A DNA stretch of 64,000 bases from Eledone cirrhosa (taxonomy: Eukaryota). Below are positions 42,460 through 54,935 of the stretch, piece after piece (the stretch's first letter is position 1; each line of letters starts with the position of its first letter). A program made the translations under genes and the position numbers. The stretch lies in NCBI GenBank assembly GCA_964016885.1, contig OZ024758.1:13082001-13146000 (forward strand), read 5' to 3'. The notes beneath the pieces were generated by a model. That model saw only the letters and a program-made list of their open reading frames with translations, made no database searches and was not told where the DNA came from.

Positions 42460-43531
42460 CATATATATATATAACAAAGTGGGTGTGGTAAGGAACCAGG
42501 TGGACCATAACGCACCAGAGTACTCAATACTTGGGGTAGTGGAGTGGGTAATATGAAAAGAGTCAGGACCCAAAAGATTTGGGCTCCACTAGACTTAAAA
42601 TGCTGTGTCAACACGGCGCCCCTACGACTCTCTCGGGAGTTAGGGCACCCTACCATACCAATCGGGGCCACCAACAGCTCGTATTGTTTTCAATCTTGCT
42701 TCTATAGAAATAATTGTTTCTACTTTTGGCACAAGGCCAGCAATTATCCCAGTGCATTACTGGTACTTTATTTTATCGACCCCCCGTAAGGATGAAAGGC
42801 AAAGTTAACTTCGGCGGGATTTGAACTCGTATCATAAAGGGCCGTAACTCTATGCTGCAAAGCATGGCGCCCGACACTCTACCATTTCTGCCAATCCACC
42901 GCCATTGGTTCTATATAATAGTGATATTGATATTTGGCCTGGTTTCTTTAACCTTTTGTAAGTTAAAATACACGTGAGAATATTTCTATTATATGTTGCT
43001 GTTGGCATGCGTGATATTTTGAACAATTCAGTAAATTGCTATTCAAGTCTCCATAGATAAAACATTGATATCAAAGTACACTACATAACCATACATGTTA
43101 GGGAGAGATGACTTAACAAGTCTTCAAAGGTCAAAATAGCAATTTGTTGAATGGAATTCACATAAGGATCTTTATCAAAATATTCAGTTTTTAGAGAGGG
43201 TTTTAACTCATACCATATCATCATCATCATCATTTTTACATCCGCTTTTCCCTGCTTGCAAGGGCTTGATTTCTACAGCTGGATGCCCTTCCTAACACCA
43301 ACCTCATTTACAGTGAGTGCTGGGTACTTTTTTGCCGTGGCACCTACACGTCCACTTTGCAGTGGAATGATAGGGACCCCAGTTCCTATCATCTCATTTC
43401 TACAGCTGAGTAAACTGGAGCAATGTGAAATAAAGTGTCTTGCTCAAGGAAGCAACACATCACCCGGTCTAAGAATTGTACTCACAACCTTTCGATTGCA
43501 AGGATAATGCTCTAACCACTAAGCCATGTGC

Positions 43532-43599
<68 letters not shown>

Positions 43600-43826
43600 G
43601 GGTGATGTGTTGTCCTTGAGCAAGACACTTTATTTCACATTGCTCCAGTTTACTCAGCTGTAGAAATGAGATGATAGGGACTGGGGTCCCTATCATTCCA
43701 CTGTAAAGTGGTCGTGGAGGTGCCACGGCAAAAAAGCACCCAGCACTCTAGAAATCAAGCCAGAATCAGTTCCCGTCCCACCCTTACAAGCAGGAAAAAG
43801 TGGACGTAAAAGATGATGATGATGAT

Positions 43827-43863
<37 letters not shown>

Positions 43864-44102
43864 GTGAAGACTAGAATATGAAGAGGGCTCGATAAGGATT
43901 ATATATATAAATATATATAAAAACCATAGAGCAAATATTGTTCTCATCGCTCCACATAACATAATTATGCTCGCTTTTTTTCTGTTCATTGCCAGGGAAC
44001 GTCTTCACGAACCGAAGTATTGTCTTCCTTCTTTCTCCTTTGGTTGTAATGTTTTTCGAAATATTTACTTCTGTGTCCACAGATTGATTTTTTTTTTTTT
44101 TT

Positions 44103-44153
44103 AGTTTCAGAAGATTCCTTTAAGGGTGAAAGCAGCAATTCTTTGCTTAAACT
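44103..44153 (+). ncRNA. Mutated hammerhead motif (core CAGAAGA)
   Basis: Stem I AGTTT/AAACT, stem II TCCTT/AAGGG, GAAA and stem III AGCAG/TTGCT. The core carries a U4>A change, so it is probably inactive. Same family as the 7713-7811 hairpin. Confidence 0.55.
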
Positions 44154-44164
44154 TTAATCTGTTA

Positions 44165-44201
<37 letters not shown>

Positions 44202-45216
44202 AGGGCGGGTAAAATTCCTGAAATCCATGGACGAGCTCTTTCCAGTGGTCTCTGTCCCTCATTATCGCTGCCATGCCCTGCATCTCCAACAGACCAGTGT
44301 CTGTCCTTAGAGCATCAACAAATGTTCACCTCGGTCTTCCTCTTCCAGTGTGTCCATCTATAAAAGCATAAAGGATTGGGCTGTTTCTTAGTCACAAGTT
44401 AGCTCACAGTAGGTTGAACAAACCTATTGTCTTAGATTCAACATAGCCTTCCATGTTTATGATGATAGTGAGATTTGGCTGCTATTTCTAGCATGTTGTG
44501 AGACTTCATAAGGGTTGTTATGGATTAATTGTTAACTTCAGAACATAAGTGGTTGTTTAGTAACTGCTTCTTCCTCCATTTATTGTCCTATTTCTTAGAT
44601 TAATATCTACAGTTAAGTTATTGGGGTGTAGAGCAGGAAATAGAATCTATGGCTACTGTTTAACCAGTCTTTATAATCAACATAATTATATATAACAGCT
44701 CTTGGGGATTGCTGACCTTTGAGAGGATTGAGGGGAGGGGTTGAGGGGTGGAAGGATTGGTTGAGACTGTAAATAGCTTACCAAATAGAATGTTATTTGG
44801 TGGATTGGCAGTGTCGGTAGAGGGTCGGACGCCATGCTTTGCAGCATAGAGTTACGTCCCTTTATGATCTGAGTTCAAATCCCGCTAAGGTTAACTTTGC
44901 TTTCGTCCTTACAGGGTCGATAAAATAAAGTACCAGTAACGTACTGGGGTCGATTTAATCGACTTTCCCCATCACCCAAATTTCTGGCCTTGTGCCTATA
45001 CTAGAAATCATTATTTAAGCAGTCTTTATAATCAACATAATAATATATAACAGTTCTTGAGGGTTGCTGACATCTGAGAGGACTGAGGGGGAGGGGTGAA
45101 AGGATTGGCTGAGACTGAATAGCTTACCAAATTGAATGTTGTTATGTTTTATCTCAGTTAAAAGGGCAGTGGTTTGGCTGTGATTGGTAGAGTGTCGGAC
45201 AACGTGCTTTGTGGCA

Positions 45217-46290
45217 TTTCTATGTATGTTGACTATATTGAAGTCTCCACACAAGTACTAAGAACCACTAGTACTAAATTTCAAGGTCTGTTGACTATAT
45301 TGAAGTTAACTAGTATTCACAGAAGGACTAAGAACCACTAGTACTAAATTTCAATGTCTGTTGACTATATTGAAGTTAACTAGTATTCACAGAAGTACTA
45401 AGAACCACTAGTACTAAATTTCAATGTCTGTTGACTATATTGAAGTTAACTAATATTCACAGAAGAACTAAGAACCACTAGTACTAAATTTCAATGCCTG
45501 TTGACTATATTGAAGTTAACTAGTATTCACAGAAGTACTAAGAACCACTAGTACTAAATTTCAATGCCTGTTGACTATATTGAAGTTAACTAGTATTCAC
45601 AGAAGTACTAAGAACCACTAGTACTAAATTTCAATGTCTGTTGACTATATTGAAGTTAACTAGTATTCACAGAAGGACTAAGAACCACTAGTACTAAATT
45701 TCAATGTCTGTTGACTATATTGAAGTTAACTAGTATTCACAGAAGTACTAAGAACCACTAGTACTAAATTTCAATGTCTGTTGACTATATTGAAGTTAAC
45801 TAGTATTCACAGAAGAACTAAGAACCACTAGTACTAAATTTCAATGTCTGTTGACTATATTGAAGTTAACTAGTATTCACAGAAGAACTAAGAACCACTA
45901 GTACTAAATTTCTATGTATGTTGACTATATTGAAGTTAACTAGTATTCACAGAAGAACTAAGAACCACTAGTACTAAACTTCAATGCCTGTTGACTATAT
46001 TGAAGTTAACTAGTATTCACAGAAGAACTAAGAACCACTAGTACTAAATTTCAATGCCTGTTGACTATATTGAAGTTAACTAGTATTCACAGAAGAACTA
46101 AGAACCACTAGTACTAAATTTAAAGGTCTGTTGACTATATTGAAGTTAACTAGTATTCACAGAAGAACTAAGAACCACTAGTACTAAACTTCAATGTCTG
46201 TTGACTATATTGAAGTTAACTAGTATTCACAGAAGAACTAAGAACTACTAGTACTAAACTTCAGTGACTGTTGGCTATATTAAAGTTATC
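45217..46290. repeat. 70-bp minisatellite, ~15 copies
   Basis: TTGACTATATTGAAGTTAACTAG... recurs every 70 bp (45291, 45361, ...). Confidence 0.95.
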
Positions 46291-47744
46291 TTTAATGTGT
46301 TTAAAGTATGCAGTCTTGAAATGTTATGCTTTACAGCTGTTTGTAACTTGAGTAACTTGTAAAACCGAGTCTGTTAATGTAGGTACCACATTTGGTAGAA
46401 TTTATCGTAAACAGCAACTGTTTCACTAGTTTTTATTGGTTTGAAGTACAGTGGGACCTCGGTTCACAAACGGTGTCTCGAGTAACATACGCAAGCCAGC
46501 AACAAAGGATGGCGACAAGCTGGGTGTGTATCAGTGGGAAAGTATCACTTACTGTGTAGTTAGTTACTGTGGTCATATCTGTCTGTCTTTCACACACAGT
46601 CTCTCTCTCTCTCTCCATCCCTCTCTTCCCCCCCTCTCTCCATCCCTCTCTTTCTCCCCCCCCCTCTCTCCCTCTCTCTCAAACCCATGCTAGCATGGAA
46701 GATAGACATTAAACGTTGATGATGATGATGATGATTTTGTATGGGGAAAATAGTTTCGGTTAACAAACAATTAAGTTTATGAACTGGGAGTTCCACCTTA
46801 CTGAATTTCATATTGAAATTATATGTTGATTTTAAAAAAATACAATACAAATTTAACTATTTTAACCTGCATCATTATATAATATTTTGTTCTGTAATCA
46901 GTCAAAACTATTTCTGATCTTCTCAGTAGTCGTTGTTTTGGACCCGGTAGTAGACACATACCTAGTGTTCAGTTTACCATATCTACCAATCTGTCAGCAG
47001 GTTCTTACGTCATAGAGGAGTGGTTAGCAGTAGGAGGTTCAGTATATGTTTCCTCCTATGTTATCAGGTTAATGAATGACCTGACTTCATTTAGAAATGT
47101 TGAGTATTTGTCATAGAATTTCTATGGGAGAGTACAAAAGTAGTTTTCCATTGCCTTCAGATATTTTCCACAAGATACCATCTTGTCCGCTAAATATAGA
47201 CAAACTCACTACACTCGCCTGGGTCCTCTGAACATAGAGCGAAAGCAAACATTACAAAACATTTTATCTATCTAACATTCTGACAATTTTACCATTCTAC
47301 CATCTTGGACAGGTGCTGTATTGTACTGTCTTGTTTGTTTGCTTAAAGTTAGGTGAATGTAGCGAAAATGGCCCAAGTGAATGGGTCTTCTCTCTATATT
47401 AATAATGAAATTATTGTGTACAGTGCTCAGGTGCGCTACAACTTATCAAAGGTTCATGTATAGTACATAGAATAATATACAAATGTCAGGAAAGTGAACA
47501 GTGTATGAGTCATGATATACATGTGTGTGTGTGTGTGTGTGTGGAGCGTGGATATCAGGTGTAGTGTTGGCAAATTTCAGGAAGCATAGAGGTTTTAAAG
47601 GATGCAGTGTCTTGGCAGCTGACAACTGATGCAGGTAGTTTGTTCCATGCTTCAGCAACTCTGAGTATGAAAAAATGTCTTTATATATAGCTGTTCTTCT
47701 GAGTTTTGGCTTGTTCTGGCCGTTAATACATCTTGTCTTTTTCC

Positions 47745-47789
47745 TTGCTCTGATGAGTCCTTATTAATGGGACGAAACACTGTCAGCAA
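47745..47789 (+). ncRNA. Type I minimal hammerhead ribozyme motif
   Basis: TTGCT-CTGATGA-GTCCT tattaat GGGAC-GAAACACTGTC-AGCAA, then AATAAA. All core nucleotides are intact and the GTC triplet is at 47782-47784. Confidence 0.85.
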
Positions 47790-47883
47790 ATAAAGATTTT
47801 TGATGAATTAAAGGCTTCTTTGTTTATTTTTTATATAATTTATATATAAAACTGTAGATTGAAGAAAACAAAAGAGGGAAGAT

Positions 47884-48131
47884 GGGAGCACTGACAAAAC
47901 GTGCTCCTGGTGTTGAGGGTTGTTCTATCTATGGGATGTAAAACAGGGAGCACTGGCAAAACGTGCTCCTGGTGTTGAGGGTTGTTCTATCTATGGGATG
48001 TAAAACAGGGAGCACTGGCAAAACGTGCTCCTGGTGTTGAGCGTTGTTCTATCTATGGGATGTAAAACAGGGAGCACTGGCAAAACGTGCTCCTGGTGTT
48101 GAGGGTTGTTCTATCTATGGGATGTAAAACA
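47884..48131. repeat. 62-bp tandem repeat, 4 copies
   Basis: GGGAGCACTG at 47884, 47946, 48008 and 48070. Confidence 0.93.
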
Positions 48132-48324
48132 ACCCTGCAGTAACATTCCCCTCTATCGGGGATTTCAATTGTTCATTTAAACTGTTAATTTTCTTTTACA
48201 CAATATTTGTAAAACCCCTGCTGTCACATCTTGTAATGTCCCATTTCTTGTACCCCCTTGTGGCAAATAAAGAAAGCCATCTTAAATGTTGTTATATATA
48301 TATATATATTTGTTATTATTACAG

Positions 48325-48400
48325 GATGCTTTCACAGCCAACCAGCATACATCCGTGGAGGGAGGGCTTTTGTTTGGCCTGGCATCCAAAAAATACAGAG
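48325..48400 (+). CDS. FLOT1: Flotillin-1 second coding exon (G-CFHSQPAYIRGGRAFVWPGIQKIQ-R)
   Basis: 76 nt with ttacag| acceptor and AG|GTCAGT donor. It is phase 1-2 and in frame with the first exon. GGRAFVWP..Q..QR is flotillin-1-like (FLOT2 has GGWAWAW). Confidence 0.93.
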
Positions 48401-50198
48401 GTCAGTTTCACTCTATTTATTATATTTTGTTCCTACATAAACAAAATATATTTTTAACCCTTTTTTTATGGTAACAATGCACCATCTATAATTTTAAGTA
48501 TATTTAAATTTAAAATGTCATCTAAATTTTAATAAAGAATCTTTTAAGATAGATTTTAAACATCATTTTAATATTGAAAAACTTATTTAACTAAATATCT
48601 CTAAATTTATTGATTATTCTCAAAATTAATTTTGAAACCCACATAGCCAGTGTATTTCATGAGAAATATGTGGCCCTCAATAGTTAACCAATAAATGTAT
48701 ATCTCTCATTATCATATTTATCAATATAGATATTAGCTTTAACCTTAGCTAAATAACATATCTTCTCTTGCTAGTACCTGCCTCATGTTAGATATACCTG
48801 GAGTTTAAATTATATTTTTCTTTAATAACTTAGGGTTAATTAACTTCCTAACAATTTGCTCTGATTTAACCCTTTAGCATTTAAACCAGCCATATCCAGC
48901 CGGAATTCTCTCGCCTCATTCTGTTCAAACCAGCTGTAACTGGCCACTCATACTTATGTTAAGGTATTGTTCTCAAAATGAATAATATCAATAAGATACA
49001 GGTTTAAATTCGATGGCTTATACAAAAATAGTTTTTATGTTTATACCTGAGATGATTATCATTAGGGCTATTCTAAAAAGTCTAAAGTCCAACTCAGGCC
49101 TGGAGGTTCATCGGGTTAGTGCTTATTCTGGTTTCTGTGGTGTTAAGTAACTGAGAGTACAAGACTTCCCCTGGATAGGACGTCAGCTCATCGCAGGGTT
49201 AAACCCCCCAGCTATTGCTGGTACTCATTTTCAGCTGAGTATATTGGAGCAACAGGAAATGAAGTGTTTTGCTCAAGAATACAACACAACACACAACCCA
49301 GTCCAGGAATCAAACCCACAACATTATGATCGTAAGTCCACCACCCTTACCACTAGGTCACATGCCTCCACTTGTAAATAGTCACAACCACTCCATCTTT
49401 TTCCTCTTTATAGGGAACCTTGTACCCTGTTATATGGATTGGCCCTTTTCTGAGATTGTGGGGAGTTTTGATAAAGGTTTGGCTGCTATTTCTAACAGGT
49501 GATGGTTGACCTCATTAACAACACCCCCTCCCTTATGTTTCACCTCGTGTCTATGTAGAAATCAATATTTCTCTGTCCTCAAATCATGCCCTGCCTGCAT
49601 AAAATATAGGATGGTCATATCTGGAATAACTTTATATTATATCTACTAGATCTACCAAACAACAACTATGAGAACTATTTAAAGAAGAGAAGAATCTAAA
49701 CTCTAGGGGTTGTCTGTATGAATGGTATCCTTGCTGGTAAGCAATGTGATATCAAATCTATTTTGTAGGAGTGACAAAGGCATGCAATGACTGTTAAGGT
49801 TACTAGCCATGTTATATTGTGAATTATAATCACATCTTTTTGGTAGTTGTTGATTATATCCAGATGAAGGATGGGTTAAAGAGAAATCTATATACATTTT
49901 AATATTCTTAACTTTAATTGTTTAAATGATTGTTGAGGGTTACATTCCATGGAGCTAGTATTGTGAATTATAATCTTATCTTATTGGTTGTAGTGGTGGT
50001 TGTTGGGGTTGTGGTTGGGGTTGTTGTGGTTAATTATAACCGGATTTAGGATAGGTGAAAGGAAAATCTAAATTCATTTAAATATTCTAACACAAATATC
50101 CTGTTAACATAAAAATCAATTAAATGAAAATGTAGAATAACTTCAGGAAATCTGGTGCATATTTTCAGTGGAAAATTTTGGGTGTATTTTCAGTCGTA

Positions 50199-50753
50199 AT
50201 TGTAGCTTTGTTAGTTGTGGTGTTGCTGAGGTGAGCCCTGATCTAACAGGACGCAGGCATTGTAGTTTTGTTAGTTGTGGTGTAGCTGAGGTGAGCCCAG
50301 ATCTAACAGGTCGCAGGCATTGTAGCTTTGTTAGTTGTGGTGTAGCTGAGGTGAGCCCAGATCTAACAGGTCGCAGGCATTGTAGCTTTGTTAGTTGTGG
50401 TCTAGCTGAGGTGAGCCCAGATCTAACAGGTCGCAGGCATTGTAGCTTTGTTAGTTGTGGTGTAGCTGAGGTGAGCCCAGATCTAACAGGTCGCAGGCAT
50501 TGTAGCTTTGTTAGTTGTGGTGTAGCTGAGGTGAGCCCAGATCTAACAGGTTTCAGGCATTGTAGCTTTGTTAGTTGTGGTGTAGCTGAGGTGAGCCCAG
50601 ATCTAACAGGTCTCAGGCATTGTAGCTTTGTTAGTTGTGGTCTAGCTGAGGTGAAGTGAGGCCAGATCTAACAGGTATCAGGTATTGTAACTTTGTGGTG
50701 GTCTACCTGTTGGTGAGGTGAGCCCAGGTCTCAAGTATTGTAGCTTTGTTAGT
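50199..50753. repeat. 60-bp minisatellite, ~9 copies
   Basis: Unit TTGTAGCTTTGTTAGTTGTGGTGTAGCTGAGGTGAGCCCAGATCTAACAGGTCGCAGGCA. Confidence 0.95.
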
Positions 50754-53181
50754 CAATAGACCAGTGTTAGGACAACATAGATGTTCTTACGTTTGATTTC
50801 TTCTGTTATTAAAATACCGCAGTAAACCAGTGTTGGAAATATTGCTACCTCTGACATGAAGATAAAACAATTTTGCCGCTGCAAAACTGTTTTATCTTCA
50901 TCTTGTAAATTGCAGCTGTTTAAGTTGATAAGGTCCTTGACTTCTAACAGAATGGTTGAGCATTCATTTCCTGTCAGCAACATGGCTGCACTGTATATGA
51001 TAGATGGATAAGGCACTTAACTCTTTTTACACCAAACTATTTATATCAAGTTCTACCAAATTACAGCTATGTAGACAACATATTTGGGTGACAATCAGTG
51101 CACCATTCTGAGGGTACATAGTAGTATGAAGTTTCATTTGCTTCAATATTTATGAAATAATTGTTTCTACTTTTGGCACAAGGCCAGCAATTACCCAGTA
51201 CATTACTGGTACTTTATTTTATCGACCCCGTAAGGATGAAAGGCAAAGTTAACCTCGACGGGATTTGAACTCAGACCGTAAAGGGACGTAACTGTGCTAG
51301 AAAGCATGGCATCCAACTCTCTACCAATACTGCCAATAATGAAAGTTATTGTGTACAGTGCTCAGGTGCACTACAACTCATCAAAGGTGCATGTATACTA
51401 CATAGAATAATGTACAAATGTCAGGGGTTATTTACTTTTAAAGCCATCTTCCAGTGTTGGTGTGTTTTACACTTCATTTTGTCCAGTTCAATGATGAATT
51501 GTTATCAGGTGCAGGCATGACTTTCGTTAAGTTTTCTTTACAATCATGTGCATGGCTTAGTAGTTAGATAATTGCATACATAATTGTAAAGTTGCGAGTT
51601 CAATTCCTGGACCAGGCAATGCATTATGTCCTTTAGCCTGACACTTTATTTCACGTTGTTCCTTCTGCAACCAGTAGATAGTATCAGCAATAGAAAGACC
51701 AATGGAAACATTGTTTCCTTGGTCCGATTTGACGAGGTCCATCTCACTTGGAAATGAATGAGGTTTGGGATCCTGTTGATCAATTCCTTCATAACTAAAC
51801 TTTATTTCTAAGGAATGATTACCTGGTGTAGCAGATCAGATAGTTGTTGCTACTTTTGGCACAAGGCCAGCAATTATCCCAGTGCATTACTGGTACTTTA
51901 TTTTATCGACCCCCATAAGGATGAAAGGCAAAGTTAACCTCGGTGGGATTTGAACTCAGAATGTAAAGGGCCACAACTCTACGCTGCAAAGCATGGTGAC
52001 TGACGCTCTACCGATACTGCCAATCCACCACCAGATCAGAAATAGTATTTCCTAGTCTCTCTCCCTCCCCCTTCCACTCTTGCTCTCTCCCTCTCTCTCC
52101 CTTCCACTCCCACTCTCGCTCTCCCTCTCTCTCCATCTCTCTCCAGTCCACTCCCATTCTCGCTCTCCCTCTCTCTCCATCGCTCTTCCTCTCTCTCTCT
52201 CTCTCTGGCCTTCTATCAATGACTGTGGTAAAGACACTATCCACACCTCAGTTCATCCCCCCCCCCCCTTCTCTCTCTAATGCATTTTCCCATGTAACCC
52301 GCATGCACAGATGTAGAAATATGCATACAAACATGGCTGCTTGCACACTTGTATAAAAGTTACTAGTTGAAAAACTTGTTTCAGTCTGGGAAATTTTGTT
52401 GTGGGAAACGAAAATATTTTTTTAATAAAATTAGTCTAGAACTAGATTTGTTGTTAAAAATACTTATTAGAAAATAGCGTTGTCATGACAAAAAACATTC
52501 AGCTCAAAATTAGCGTCTTATATTAATGTTTTGATGAGGGGGGTTTTACCCTGAAATATATAAGGTGAAATGCATGTCCTCAAGGATAGTTTGCTAATTT
52601 GTTGTGGAACTAGCTTTATATATGTATCTATGCATGTGTGTGTGTGGGGGGGGGGGGGATAAAGAGTTGGCACCCAGTAGCTACGCTATTGTTGTTTCAA
52701 CAGCTAGTTACACTATTCCAAGTATCAAGTACTCTATTGAGTAATCGTCTAACTAGTTTTAAACTGGTTCTATCCTAATATATATATATATATATAGAGT
52801 TAATGAAACAAACAAAGCAGAAGAGGCAATTTTTACACAGTTGTATTCAAGATTGTGTGTGCGTACATGTGCTCACACTGACAAATACTCTTTTACCTGT
52901 TTCAGCCATCCGGCTGAGGCCATGCTGGGGCACCGCCCTGTTTATCTTTATATCATATATATATATATTATTCCTACTATAAATGCTATCTATTGATTTA
53001 TTATTTGTTGCTGTCAACAGGTTTAATATTATACAAATATGTTTTGTTTTTAGTTTTTAAAAGGATATATAACTGATGGAAGCAAGGGGCTTTATTGTTG
53101 TTATTTTATGTAATACATTGTTTTCATAACTCCCCATATATAGTTACCTTAGCCAGGTGTTTTAATGAATCAATTGATATC

Positions 53182-53691
53182 AACCCCTTAGCATTTAACC
53201 CTGTAACATTTACATTACTCTCTCTATATATATATATATATATATTATACTATTATATTTTTGCATTAAAGGCTTTACCTTACATAATTGTCTCACATAA
53301 TATCGAATCTGAGATTTTGATATTTTCACAGTAAAGGCTTTACCTCAAATAATATTGAATCTATGAGATTTTCATATTTATTTTGAGTACAGTACCTTGA
53401 CATCAGTATGAGCGGCCGGTTACAGCGAGTTTGAACCGAAAGAGGTGAAAGAAATATGGCTGGATATGGCCAGTTTGAATGCTAAAGGGTTAAACCGGAC
53501 ATATCCGGCCAGAATTCTCTCACCTCTTTCTTAGCATTTAAACCGGCTGTAACTGGCCACTCATACTGATGTTAAGGTATTGTTCTCAAAATAAATATCA
53601 AAATCTCATAGATTCAATATTATTTGAGGTAAAGCCTTTACTGTGAAAATACAATAGTATATACAGAGTAATGTAAATGCTAAAGGGTTAA
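53182..53691. mobile_element. Two piggyBac-like MITE copies joined in inverted orientation
   Basis: A forward copy ending GCTAAAGGGTTAA at ~53493 runs straight into a reverse copy ending at 53691. Confidence 0.75.
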
Positions 53692-54874
53692 ATTATAGAT
53701 ATTTTTATAGATTAAAAGATAGGTGATATATATTAGCAGTATATATTTAAAATTATACTTCTAGTGTTATGTTAATACTGCCTCTTGCTCTCTCTCACAC
53801 ACTCAAATATATGTGCATATACACCCACACATTCAAATGTGTGTAGAGGTGTGTGTACATTGTATGTGTGTGTGTATAAGTGTATGTGCATGTATGTGAA
53901 CATGTTACGTGTATGTGTGCATATCTTTGTACATATGTGCGCATGTATGTGTACATACATGTCATTGTATGTGTACATGTGTGTACATGTGTGTGTACAT
54001 GTATGTGTGCATGTGTGTGTGCGTGCATAAATGTACATGTGTTTGTGTGTCATTGTGTTAGTGCATGTGTGTATGTAAGCACATGTATGTACATGTATGT
54101 GTACATATGTATATACATGTATGTGTGCATATGAGTGTATGTATGTGTGTATGTATGGGTATGTATGCAAGTGTGTGCATGTGTGTGTACATGTATGTGT
54201 ACATGTGTGTGTACATGTATGTGCATATGTGTGTATGTATGTGTGCAAGTGTATGTATGTATGTGTATATGTATGCACATGTGTACATGTATGTGTGTAT
54301 GTATGCAAGTGTGTACATGTGTGTGTGTGCATGTACACAGGTTATAAATATATATATATATATATATATATTATTTCCCTCCCCCTCATATTCTAAATAG
54401 TGTTATTGTGAAGAACACAAAGCCGATGTGAAAGTCGATAAAAAAGTAGACTTTCACTATTTATCGACTTCTGTGTCGGCTTTGTGTATTTTACACAAAA
54501 GTTTTCATTAGAGAAACTACACTCATTTGCTGTTTAATGCTGCTTGAACTATCATCATCATCATCATCATCATCATCGTCGTTTAACGTCCACCATCCAT
54601 GCTATCATTAAAAGGAAATCATAGGATCTAATTATATATCGCTAATTATATATCGCTTGGAAAGCAAATGCTGTGGATTGGCAGTATCGGTAGAGGGTCG
54701 GACGCCATGCTTTTCAGCATAGAGTTACGGCCCTTTGTGATCTGAGTTCAAATCCCGCCGAGGTTAACTTTGCCTTTCATCCTTACGGGGTCGATAAAAT
54801 AAAGTACCAGTAATGCACTGGGGTAACTGCTGGCTTTGTGCCAAAAGTAGAAACAATTATTATTATTATATAAT

Positions 54875-54935
<61 letters not shown>

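Noticed and set aside
39971-46290. CRISPR-like arrays
   Set aside because: The units repeat fully with no unique spacers, the context is eukaryotic and there are no cas genes.
50168-50659. 163-aa ORF with a 20-aa Cys repeat
   Set aside because: A 60-bp minisatellite that is in frame by chance.
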